Below are positions 49,561 through 58,525 of a stretch of 64,000 bases of DNA, in pieces; the first letter of the stretch is position 1, and every line of letters begins with the position of its first letter. A program made the position numbers and the translations under genes. Below the pieces are notes generated by a model, which saw nothing but the letters and a program-made list of their open reading frames with translations, was not told where the DNA came from and searched no databases. The stretch comes from Deltaproteobacteria bacterium (GTDB lineage Bacteria; Myxococcota; Kuafuiibacteriia; Kuafuiibacteriales; Kuafuiibacteriaceae). The stretch spans positions 128,001 through 192,000 of the forward strand of contig JAVJQW010000022.1 of assembly GCA_040218735.1 (NCBI GenBank), written 5' to 3'.

Positions 49561-52359
49561 TCAGAAAGTCGACAGCTGCAGACGGTTGCCGCGCAAGATG
49601 ACTTGCCGCGGCCGAATGTTCAGCGTCTCCAGGACAGGCACCCGAACCGCGATCGGGTTGTTGACGATGCTCCCCTGCGACAGATCGATCTCGCCATCCT
49701 CGTGTCGCTCTTGCTCCACCTCGAGCGCCAGCGTCTCGTTGTCGCGGAGTGTGAACGCCTCGAGGCGCAGCTTCGCCTCGCTGATCCGCAGCGCCGCCGC
49801 CCCCGGCAGCTCGCCCGTCGTGCTCCGGGCGACGATGAGGTTCTTGATGACGGCCAGTGGAGTGTCCCGCAGGATGACTCCGGTTCCGCGTGTCCGGGTC
49901 ACCTGGAGTCGGTCCAGCGTCACGTCATACTTCATCCCGTCGAGCAGCACGCCGTAGCCGGCGGCGTTGTCCACCAGCAGGTCGTTGACCGTGATCTCCA
50001 GGTGTACGCCGATGAACGCCGCTCGACCCGCGTCCAACTGCGACACCTCGAACGCGCTCGTCGCGGTCGTGACGCGGACCCGATCGAGGCGCGCAACCAT
50101 GTCGGGGAGCACGGAACCATCGTCGAGCTCGAAGCCGGGGTCGTTCGTCAGCGAGACGCCCCGGACGAGCGGCTTCGTCTCGACGACGAGGTCGTCGATG
50201 TCGATGTCGAACGCGCCGTAGCCCAGGAAGCCGTGGCGATCGAACTCCGTGAGCGACGCGCGCGCGAGCCTCACCGTCGACAGCGGACCCGCACCGAACG
50301 CGCCGCCCGGTTTGTCTTCTTGTCCCAACGGCGCGCGCACGTTGCGGACGATGACGTCCTCGAAGTCGCCCCGCGCGTCTCTGAACGCGACGTCGATGCC
50401 GTTGCCGACCACACCCTCCACCCGCACGCGCCGCGCCGTGATCGCGCCGCCGCCCGCGACGATGATCGCTTGGGCGCCGGTGGCGTCGTTGCCGACGTCC
50501 TCGATCGTGAGGTTCGTGACCGTCGCCGTCGTGCTCGGCTCCAGCACCGCCAAGGCCTCGTCCCAGATCCCTCGCAGGTGCACGCCGTTCAGCGTCACCG
50601 CGGCGGCCGCCTGCGCGCGGACGCCGTAGCGCCCGGTCGCGTCGAGCGCGCCCTCGACCACGAGGTTCTCCGTGACGAGCGCGCCTCCGACGACGAGCAG
50701 ACCCGCGGCGCCGCCGCGCACGTGGAGGTTGCGGAGCGTGACGTCCGCCGACTCGAAGAACCCCGACAACACCCCCACGCCGTCGACGGACCGCGTGTCT
50801 TCGACGACGACCTCGTCGAGCTGGGCCGCCGCGTTTGCGACGCGTAGGCCGGTGACGAGCGGCCGCTCGATGTACAACCGGCGGCCTTCGAGTCGGCCGT
50901 TGGCGAAGACCAGAGCCGCTGGGAGGTCACGCCCGCGTTGCCGGTCGAGGCTCGAGTCGCGGATCGCGACGCGATCCACGTCGACCGTAGCGCCCTCGAC
51001 GAAGAGCGCCGAGCCCGCTACCCGATCGAAGGAGACGTCGATCAGCATGACGGTCGCGCCATCGCGCGCGACGATCCCCATGCCCGCGTTGGCTGTGGTC
51101 ATCACGTCGAACACCGTCACACGTACGAGCTCCGCTTCGCCCGCGAACGCCGCGAGCGCGTTGCCGGTGACCGGCCCGATCGTGACGTCTTCGAGCACGG
51201 CGCGTCCCGTGATGGAGAGGAGGTCGGCGTCCCCGGGGTCGGTGTCGCGCACGCGCGCCCGTCGCAGCTCGAGCACGCCGTCGACCGGTACATGGTTCGT
51301 CGCGAGGACGACGTCTTCGAGGATCGCGGTGGCGTCGACGGGGACGTCGAGCTGGGTGGCTTCGAACGTCACGCCCTGAGCGCGAGCGCGCAGCTCGATG
51401 CGCGGCGCCGCGACGGTGGTCTGCGCGGCGCACTGACCGACGAGCGCGACGTCGAGGGTCCACTGCGCGGCGGAGTAGACACCGGGGGCGAGCGCGATCG
51501 TCGCGCCCGGCGCTGCGGTTGCGAGCGCGTCCATGAGGTCGTCGTAGGGGAGGGTGGAGGTGCCGTTCCCGTTGGGCATCGCGTCGTCGTCGACGTAGAC
51601 GGCGTCGGGCGGGAGCGTCGGCCACGCGCAGGTCGCGCCGACCTCGACGCAGGCGCCGGCCTCGATGCGCTCGCCGTCGCCGCAGGTCGGAACGTCCGGA
51701 TCGAACGGCGCGCAACCGACGACGCCGCTGTCGAAGGTCTTGGAGGATTCGCCGTCCGTGCACGTGAAGACGACCGGGCTCGGTGGTATCGGTTCCATCG
51801 GGCTCATCGGTGTCGCCGGGAGGTCGGGGAGGCGGTCACAGCTGACGTCGAGGACACGAAGGGCGGGCTCCGGGGCGCCGATCAGCTCGCTGCAGGACCG
51901 GTTCGTGTCGACCTTCAGGCGAACGTCGGAGAACTCCTTCGGCGTCTCGTCGACCTGCTCCCAGTCGCCGGTTTCCTCGGCGAGGCGCGTCCACCCTACG
52001 AGGAACGGGGCGAGGGTGCGGCCTTCGTCTTCGGTGAGGAGGCGCACCAGCCTGTTGGCGTCGGGCTCGGCGACGATGCCGAGGTCGATCAGGGACTCCT
52101 CGTAGTAGCCGACGAAGAGCCGCTCGCCGCCTTCGACGCCGAACATGCGATAGAAGGCGTCGATGGGGCCGCCGTAGACGGTCACGGGGGCGCCCTCGAC
52201 CGCGAGGATGACGGTTTGGGCGCCGAGCGGCGGCTCACGCGCACGGAGCTCGAAGGCCGCGTCGCAGCCCGATGTGAACCACGCGCATACGATACCGAGG
52301 CCTGTGGCTAACGTTGTTCGCACAGCGTCCGATGAGAGGATCCAGCGCACCAGGGTCAT
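49561..52359 (-). CDS. Large secreted/lipoprotein with right-handed parallel beta-helix repeats
   Basis: Possible lipobox TSGC; Cys-rich segment; VYVD...GNGT..LPY, IALAPGVY, then repeating beta-helix rungs; start moved to ATG 52359. Confidence 0.78.
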   Translation of the reverse strand: MTLVRWILSSDAVRTTLATGLGIVCAWFTSGCDAAFELRAREPPLGAQTVILAVEGAPVTVYGGPIDAFYRMFGVEGGERLFVGYYEESLIDLGIVAEPDANRLVRLLTEDEGRTLAPFLVGWTRLAEETGDWEQVDETPKEFSDVRLKVDTNRSCSELIGAPEPALRVLDVSCDRLPDLPATPMSPMEPIPPSPVVFTCTDGESSKTFDSGVVGCAPFDPDVPTCGDGERIEAGACVEVGATCAWPTLPPDAVYVDDDAMPNGNGTSTLPYDDLMDALATAAPGATIALAPGVYSAAQWTLDVALVGQCAAQTTVAAPRIELRARAQGVTFEATQLDVPVDATAILEDVVLATNHVPVDGVLELRRARVRDTDPGDADLLSITGRAVLEDVTIGPVTGNALAAFAGEAELVRVTVFDVMTTANAGMGIVARDGATVMLIDVSFDRVAGSALFVEGATVDVDRVAIRDSSLDRQRGRDLPAALVFANGRLEGRRLYIERPLVTGLRVANAAAQLDEVVVEDTRSVDGVGVLSGFFESADVTLRNLHVRGGAAGLLVVGGALVTENLVVEGALDATGRYGVRAQAAAAVTLNGVHLRGIWDEALAVLEPSTTATVTNLTIEDVGNDATGAQAIIVAGGGAITARRVRVEGVVGNGIDVAFRDARGDFEDVIVRNVRAPLGQEDKPGGAFGAGPLSTVRLARASLTEFDRHGFLGYGAFDIDIDDLVVETKPLVRGVSLTNDPGFELDDGSVLPDMVARLDRVRVTTATSAFEVSQLDAGRAAFIGVHLEITVNDLLVDNAAGYGVLLDGMKYDVTLDRLQVTRTRGTGVILRDTPLAVIKNLIVARSTTGELPGAAALRISEAKLRLEAFTLRDNETLALEVEQERHEDGEIDLSQGSIVNNPIAVRVPVLETLNIRPRQVILRGNRLQLSTF

Positions 52360-52394
52360 CGTCAATCGCCCGTGGCTGCGCCGGAGTCGCCTGG

Positions 52395-52742
52395 ATGAGC
52401 ATCGCACGAGGAGCGCCCCGAGTGGACGTCGAACGGCTGCGGGTCGGGTACGGCGGCGGCGTCCACCGCGTCCGCGGGAACGTCTCCGCGACGGGCGTAG
52501 GCTTCTGGATCGACACCGTGAGCCCGCCGCTCGTGAACGACGCACTCCTCGTCGAGGTCGAGGCCGTCAACGAGGAGCCGGTGCTCGTCCCGGCCCGTGT
52601 GCGGCATGTGCGCTACGACAACACGCGCAAGGCGTACTACGTAGGTGCGGCGTTCGTGCCCACCGACGAGCTCGTCGACGCGTCCCTGTACCGGTACGTC
52701 GAGGAACGCATGTTGTCGTCGCGGACCGGCGTCATCTGCTGA
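52395..52742 (+). CDS. Single-domain PilZ protein
   Basis: RGAPR (RxxxR) and NVSATG (D/NxSxxG) c-di-GMP motifs, ARVRHV, VGAAF. Confidence 0.8.
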   Translation: MSIARGAPRVDVERLRVGYGGGVHRVRGNVSATGVGFWIDTVSPPLVNDALLVEVEAVNEEPVLVPARVRHVRYDNTRKAYYVGAAFVPTDELVDASLYRYVEERMLSSRTGVIC

Positions 52743-52785
52743 CCGTCCTTCGACAAAGCGGTTTTCGTGGGATAGTGGGTGCTGA

Positions 52786-55416
52786 ATGGCCCTCACGTTT
52801 TCTCTGAACGGACACCAGCGCACCGTGGAGGACGTCCCCCAGGGGTCGTCGCTCCTGAACGTGTTGCGCGAGGATCTGGGCCCCGACCGGACCATCTCGC
52901 TCAAGGACGGGTGCGCGCCGCAGGGGCAGTGCGGGTGCTGTCTGGTGTTGATCGACGGCAAGCCGCAGGTGTCGTGCGCGATGCCGGCCGAGAAGGTCGA
53001 CGGCAAGTCGCTGCTGACGCTCGAGGGTGTGCCGCACGAGGAGAAGCGCCTGTACGGCGAGGCGTTCGCGCGCACCGGCGGGTTGCAGTGTGGTTTCTGC
53101 ATCCCGGGCATCGTGCTGCGGGCGAAACACGTCCTCGACAACAACCCGAACCCGACCGACGCGGAGCTCAGGAAGAAGCTCGACGTCCACCTGTGCCGGT
53201 GCACCGGCTACCAGCGGATCATCGAGGCGATTCAGCTGGTGGCGGCGGTGAAGCGCGGGGAGGCGATGCCGCCCGCGGACACGTCGGGGAAGGTCGGGAC
53301 GAACCTGGATCGGTACGAGGGGATCGAGCTCGCGCTCGGCGAGCGGCCGTACGTCGACGACATGTACCCGGAGGGGATGCTGCACGGCGCGGTGCGGTTG
53401 TCGGATCACGCGCGGGCGCGCGTGGTGAAGATCGACGCGACGAAGGCGCTCGCGATGCCCGGCGTGGAGCGCGTGGTGACCTACAAGGACGTGCCGGGGG
53501 ATCGGTTCTACGGGCTGATCGTCCCGGACTGGCCGGGGTTCATCGCGGAGGGCGAGGTCACGCACTGCGTGGGGAGCTTCATCGCGGCGGTGGCGGCGGA
53601 TGACCTACGCACGGCGCGTGCGGCGGCGGCGGCGATCGAGATCGAGTACGAGGTGCTGGAGCCGGTGTTGGATCCGGAGAAGGCGCTCGAAGAGGACGCA
53701 CCGAAGGTGCACCGGCGCGGGAACAAACTGTCGCACTCGCGCATCGAGCGCGGCGATGTGGAGAAGGCGCTCGCGGAGGCGACGCACGTCGCGACGGGGG
53801 TCTACGAGACGCAGCGCATCGAGCACGGTTACCTCGAGCCGGAGAGCGCGCTGGTGGTGCCGCAGGACGGCGGGACGCTGAAGCTCTACTCGCAGGGGCA
53901 GGGCATCTTCGACGACCAGCGGCAGGTGGCTTCGTTCCTCGACATGTCGACGGACCAGGTGCAGGTCGCGCTGGTCCCGAACGGCGGTGCGTTCGGCGGC
54001 AAGGAGGACATGTCCGTGCAGCCGCATGCTGCCTTGCTCGCGAAGGTGACGGGCAAGCCGGTGAAGGTGACGTTGACGCGCGAGCAGTCGATCCGCGTGC
54101 ACCCGAAGCGGCACCCGATCAAGATGTATTACACGGCAGGGTGTGATGCGGACGGTCGAATCCTCGCGATCAAGGCGAAGATGATCGGTGACACCGGCGC
54201 GTACGCGAGCGTGGGCGCGAAGGTGTTGGAGCGCGCGGGTGGGCACGCGTGCGGGCCGTACCGCGTGGACAACGTGTTGGTGGAGGCGACGGCGGCGTAC
54301 ACGAACAACCCGCCGGCCGGGGCGATGCGTGGGTTCGGTGCGAACCAGGCGAACTTCGGGTTGGAGTCGATCATCGATCAGCTCGCGGAGAAGTGCGGCA
54401 AGGACAAGTGGCAGTTCCGCTACGACAACGCGGTGCAGGTCGGGGACATCTTCTCGACGGGGCAGGTGCTGGAGAAGTCGGTCGGGATCAAGAAGACACT
54501 CGAAGCGGTGAAGCCGCACTACGACGACGCCAAGGCGCGCGGGCGCGCGGTGGGGCTCGGGTGTGGGATCAAGAACAGCGGTATCGGCAACGGCGCGTCG
54601 GAGTGGGGCAAGTGCCGGCTGGTCGTCGAGGACGACGGGACGATCTCGCTCTACAACGGCTACACGGAGATGGGTCAGGGGCTCCTGACGATCCTGATTC
54701 AGTTCGCGTGTGACGTGACGGGGCTGTCGCCGGATCTGTTCCGCGCGAAGGTGGACACGACGTTTGCTTTGCAGTGCGGTCAGACGACGGGCTCGCGTGC
54801 GACGTTGTTCGGCGGCAACGCGGTGATCCTCGCGGCGGAGGACATGAAGAAGGCGCTCGAGGCGGTGAACGGGGACTTGGATCAGTTGAAGGGGCGCGTG
54901 TTCGTCGGTGAGTTCCTGTGTAACGACACGGTGCCGCTCGGGGCGCCGGTGGAGAATCCGAAGACACACACCGCGTTCGGGTACGCGACGCAGCTGGTGA
55001 TCCTCGACGAGAAGGGTCAGCTGGAGAAGGTCGTCGCGGCGCACGACGTCGGCAAGGCGATCAACCCGGTGTTGTGCAGCGGGCAGATCGAGGGGTCGCT
55101 GCACATGGGGCTCGGGTACGCGCTGTCCGAGGAGCTGCCGTGCGGTGACGACGGGATGCCCGAGAACATGACGATGCGTGGCCTTGGGATCCTGCGCGCG
55201 CGGCACACGCCGCCGATGGAGATCATCTTGGTCGAGGAGCACGAGCCGGAGGGGCCGTACGGTGCGAAGGGCGTCGGGGAGATCGGCTTGGTGCCGACGG
55301 CCGGCGCGGTGCAGGGTGCGTTGTACGACTTCGACGGCGAGCGCCGCTACGTGCTGCCGATGAAGACGTCGCCGGCGGCGGCGCCGATCGTGGGGCGCCG
55401 CGCTTCGAAGCGATGA
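52786..55416 (+). CDS. xdh: Selenium-dependent xanthine dehydrogenase-type molybdenum hydroxylase (2Fe-2S + Mo domains)
   Basis: GCAPQGQCGCC, QCGFCIPG, CRCTGY, GGAFGGKED, HPKRH, AMRGFG, TEMGQG, TTGSR, AKGVGE; no FAD domain. Confidence 0.88.
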   Translation: MALTFSLNGHQRTVEDVPQGSSLLNVLREDLGPDRTISLKDGCAPQGQCGCCLVLIDGKPQVSCAMPAEKVDGKSLLTLEGVPHEEKRLYGEAFARTGGLQCGFCIPGIVLRAKHVLDNNPNPTDAELRKKLDVHLCRCTGYQRIIEAIQLVAAVKRGEAMPPADTSGKVGTNLDRYEGIELALGERPYVDDMYPEGMLHGAVRLSDHARARVVKIDATKALAMPGVERVVTYKDVPGDRFYGLIVPDWPGFIAEGEVTHCVGSFIAAVAADDLRTARAAAAAIEIEYEVLEPVLDPEKALEEDAPKVHRRGNKLSHSRIERGDVEKALAEATHVATGVYETQRIEHGYLEPESALVVPQDGGTLKLYSQGQGIFDDQRQVASFLDMSTDQVQVALVPNGGAFGGKEDMSVQPHAALLAKVTGKPVKVTLTREQSIRVHPKRHPIKMYYTAGCDADGRILAIKAKMIGDTGAYASVGAKVLERAGGHACGPYRVDNVLVEATAAYTNNPPAGAMRGFGANQANFGLESIIDQLAEKCGKDKWQFRYDNAVQVGDIFSTGQVLEKSVGIKKTLEAVKPHYDDAKARGRAVGLGCGIKNSGIGNGASEWGKCRLVVEDDGTISLYNGYTEMGQGLLTILIQFACDVTGLSPDLFRAKVDTTFALQCGQTTGSRATLFGGNAVILAAEDMKKALEAVNGDLDQLKGRVFVGEFLCNDTVPLGAPVENPKTHTAFGYATQLVILDEKGQLEKVVAAHDVGKAINPVLCSGQIEGSLHMGLGYALSEELPCGDDGMPENMTMRGLGILRARHTPPMEIILVEEHEPEGPYGAKGVGEIGLVPTAGAVQGALYDFDGERRYVLPMKTSPAAAPIVGRRASKR

Positions 55417-56054
55417 GCACGTACCGCTCGGCGCTGCTCGCGGGAGCGGAGGCGATGGGGTTGGCGATCTCGGACGAGGTCGCGGACGGGCTGGCGGTGC
55501 ACCACGCGCTCGTCGAGAAGTGGGCGAAGAAGATCAACCTGACGACCGTGGTCGAGCCGACGCGGGCGGCGTCGGTGCACGGGTTGGACTCGCTGCTGTT
55601 CGCGGAGCTGGTGGAGGACGACGGGGGTGTCACGGTGGATGTGGGATCCGGCGGCGGGTTCCCGGGGATCGCGGTGGCGTTGATGCGGCCTTCGCTTTCA
55701 CTGGTGTTGCTGGAGCCGATTCGGAAGCGTGCTTCTTTTCTGCGCACGGTGTTGGCGGAGCTGGGGCTGAAGCAGGTGCGCGTGGTGGAGGGGAAGCTGG
55801 AAGCGGCGCCTTTGCCGGGGCGTATCGCGTGGCCGGTGGACCGGATCGTGTCGCGGGCGACGATCCCGCCGGTGGAGCTGGCGACGCGGGCGGTGAAGCA
55901 CTTGCGGCCGGGTGGGGTGCTGGTGTTGTCGGGGGGGGCGGGGGCGCCTTCGGTGGAGGCGTTGGCGGCGTCGGGGTTGGTGCACGAGGAGCGGCGTAGG
56001 TATGCGCTGCCGGGTGGCGAAGGGCGGGTGCTCGATCGGCTCCGGGCGCAGTAA
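55413..56054 (+). CDS. rsmG: 16S rRNA m7G527 methyltransferase RsmG (GidB)
   Basis: W.KKINLT, HGLDSL, DVGSGGGFPGI, LLEPIRKRASFL, VSRA. Confidence 0.92.
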   Translation: MSTYRSALLAGAEAMGLAISDEVADGLAVHHALVEKWAKKINLTTVVEPTRAASVHGLDSLLFAELVEDDGGVTVDVGSGGGFPGIAVALMRPSLSLVLLEPIRKRASFLRTVLAELGLKQVRVVEGKLEAAPLPGRIAWPVDRIVSRATIPPVELATRAVKHLRPGGVLVLSGGAGAPSVEALAASGLVHEERRRYALPGGEGRVLDRLRAQ

Positions 56055-56071
56055 TTGGGTGAGTCGGAACC

Positions 56072-57127
56072 TCATTCTCCGTCGTCTCGAGGAGAACGTC
56101 GGGCTTGAACGCCAACGATCGCGTCCTCGCTACGGCTCGTTCGGAGGGGCTGGGTCGTGAGGATCGCTCCGTCTTCAGTCGTTTCACACCGAACGACCGC
56201 GCTCCCATTTTCTGCCGAGCGGCCAATGAGCTCGTACCCATTCTCGTGACTGAGAACATCTGCCCGCTGGAGTGGGCAGTTCGCTCGCTCAACTCGGGAG
56301 GTGATCTCGCCGGTCGAGATATCGATGACGAACAGAGACTGCGGACTCCATACCCAGGCGATGCGATCGTCCGAGGCGACGGCAACGAAATGCACGTCCT
56401 CGGAGAACGAGATGATCTCTCGGGCCCGTATCTCGTCGTTCTGGACCTCGAGCACCTGAACCCCCGGGCGGTTCGAGAGCGGGACCAGGATGCGGCTGGA
56501 CCCCATCGACGGCATTCCGAGCCGATCGTCGGTCGTCCACGCGTCCAACCGCCGCCATTCGGTCCCCGAGCGCCAGAGCTCGACTCGGCCAAACGCCGAG
56601 CCGACCAGGACATCTCTGCCCACCTGAGGTGTCTGCAGGAAGTCCGGCCCGGTGAGCATGACACCGGTGTCGAAGACCTCGTCCCGAGCCTGGATGAGCG
56701 AGCGACCGCTGACCTCGTAGGTGCGCACGCGCTGACCGAACGTGGAGATGACCAGGGGAGATCCGCTTGCATCGACGGTACACGCCTCGATGTCGATGTC
56801 CTCGATCGGCGCACTCACGCTCGTGAGCGTTGCGGTCGATGCTTCGAACACACGAACGCGGCGGTCCTTGGCGTACGTACACGTGAACTCGCCTCGCAGT
56901 CCGAGCCCCCACCGCTCGAGCGCCCGGTTTGTGTTGGACGCGAACAGCCGGCGCCCAGCGTCAGCGGCGCCATCACGTCCGAGCGCAACCAGCTCGATGT
57001 CGGAGTCGGTCCAGCGGACCGCGACGAGCGCCTCGTCGCGACCGGAGGCCGCGTCGCCGGTACACGCGACCATCGACAGTCCGAGGGCGACGAGGCCGCC
57101 GCGGAGGCGTCTACCGTCCGTGCACAA
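56072..57127 (-). CDS. Hypothetical lipoprotein, probably beta-rich
   Basis: Lipobox MVAC; weaker host codon bias; no family recognised. Confidence 0.55.
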   Translation of the reverse strand: MCTDGRRLRGGLVALGLSMVACTGDAASGRDEALVAVRWTDSDIELVALGRDGAADAGRRLFASNTNRALERWGLGLRGEFTCTYAKDRRVRVFEASTATLTSVSAPIEDIDIEACTVDASGSPLVISTFGQRVRTYEVSGRSLIQARDEVFDTGVMLTGPDFLQTPQVGRDVLVGSAFGRVELWRSGTEWRRLDAWTTDDRLGMPSMGSSRILVPLSNRPGVQVLEVQNDEIRAREIISFSEDVHFVAVASDDRIAWVWSPQSLFVIDISTGEITSRVERANCPLQRADVLSHENGYELIGRSAENGSAVVRCETTEDGAILTTQPLRTSRSEDAIVGVQARRSPRDDGE

Positions 57128-57252
57128 GGTACTGCCAATTTAGTCGAGCCCACCCCACCGTGTCTCGGACCGGCGTCCTGACGCCGCCGACGCGCGTCGT
57201 GGATCGGCTGCGGTGGGCGTGAGCCGGGGCCTCGCCGTGGTATCTTCGTTTC

Positions 57253-57468
57253 GTGGAAGCCGACGCTCGCGAGCGCCGGGCGATAGCCCAGCGCGAGGCC
57301 AACGCGCGGGCCGCCGCCCGCGGTGAGCCGCTTCCGTTTCCCAACCCCTGGGACACGCTCGACCCGACGAAGGTCGGCCCCGACGCGACGCCCGAGGAGA
57401 TCACGGCGAGCTACCGGGAGTTTCGTAGGCGATGTCGGACGAAGACGAGGCGGCAGCTTACACTTTAG
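57253..57468 (+). CDS. Small hypothetical protein
   Basis: 71 aa, GC3-rich codons, fills the gap between two minus-strand genes. Confidence 0.5.
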   Translation: MEADARERRAIAQREANARAAARGEPLPFPNPWDTLDPTKVGPDATPEEITASYREFRRRCRTKTRRQLTL

Positions 57469-57636
57469 ACCATGACGACGCTCCGCTTCGCGGACCGTCT
57501 TGGCACAGCCGTCTGACCGACCGCTTCGCGCTCGGACTCCGTCTAGAAGCGTTCGTCGAGGTGCTGCGGCGCCGGTCCCCATCGCCGACCCATTCGAGCT
57601 CCTTCGGAACAAGCTCGCGAACCGTGCGCTCTAGCG

Positions 57637-58515
57637 CTACTGAAGCTCCGCCTTGGTGACGAGCTTCTTGAGAACTTCGTTTCTGTCGTCGGTCATGACG
57701 AGCTCCTCCATGTCGGAACGATCGACGAGCACCAGACGAAGTCCATGCGTTCGCTTGGTCCGAGCCACGTCGTAGACCGGACCTGTGAACCCCCCTGCGG
57801 CAAAGAAGAACCCGAGCGCACCGGGTCGGTCCTGCACTTTCGTGGCGAACCATCCGACCTCAGGGGTACCGACGGACTTGGTCCAGTTCTTCGCCTCGCA
57901 CAGGATGAACGCGGGTTGCTTGGACCAGAACGGGTCCGTCGATTCGTTGCGGATCGCGACGTCGAGCTCTTCGGCCGGCGTGCGCAGGTTGCGCCCCGCT
58001 TCGAGGAGTCCGGGCACCGAGGTCATGAACATCAGAATGAGCTCTTCGAGACGCCGACCCTTCGCGTGCGCCGAGCCCTCCCCGAGCTTCGACCACAGCT
58101 GGCGGATCAGCGCGTCCGCGACGGGGCGACCGCGCTGTTGGGCGCGCACGGTCTCTCGGATCTGGCTCAGCTTTGCGGTCAGCAGCGTCGGGAGTAGCGG
58201 GTCCTTGACGAGGTAGTCGTAGGCGCCGCCGCGGAACGCGCGGCGGATCGAACCTTCGTCCGCGAATCCTGTCACGAGCAGAACCTTGGCCGTGGAGAAG
58301 CGCGCGGACTCCAGAAGATCGACGCCGTCATCGGGACCCGATCCGCCCTGGAGACGTTTGTCGAGCAGGACGACGTCGAAGTCGCCGGTCTCCCACGTCG
58401 CCTTTGCCTCCGCGCTCGACCCGACGATCGTGCCCACGTAACCCTCGTCGGCGAGGATCTCGGCGTACGTCTCCTGCATCGCAGGATCATCTTCCACGAC
58501 CAGCACGTTGAGCAT
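57637..58515 (-). CDS. Response regulator receiver fused to an Mrr-like PD-(D/E)XK restriction endonuclease domain
   Basis: REC: VVEDD, LLD(52), LVTG, YDYLVK. Nuclease: KGRRLEELI, ELDV, CEAKNW, GFFFAAGGFT, LVLVD. ATG 58515 lies 10 bp after the kinase stop. Confidence 0.87.
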   Translation of the reverse strand: MLNVLVVEDDPAMQETYAEILADEGYVGTIVGSSAEAKATWETGDFDVVLLDKRLQGGSGPDDGVDLLESARFSTAKVLLVTGFADEGSIRRAFRGGAYDYLVKDPLLPTLLTAKLSQIRETVRAQQRGRPVADALIRQLWSKLGEGSAHAKGRRLEELILMFMTSVPGLLEAGRNLRTPAEELDVAIRNESTDPFWSKQPAFILCEAKNWTKSVGTPEVGWFATKVQDRPGALGFFFAAGGFTGPVYDVARTKRTHGLRLVLVDRSDMEELVMTDDRNEVLKKLVTKAELQ

Positions 58516-58525
58516 GATGGCTACC

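Noticed and set aside
57432-57659. 75-aa ORF as a toxin-antitoxin partner of 57253-57468
   Set aside because: It overlaps both neighbours and shows weak codon bias and no motif.
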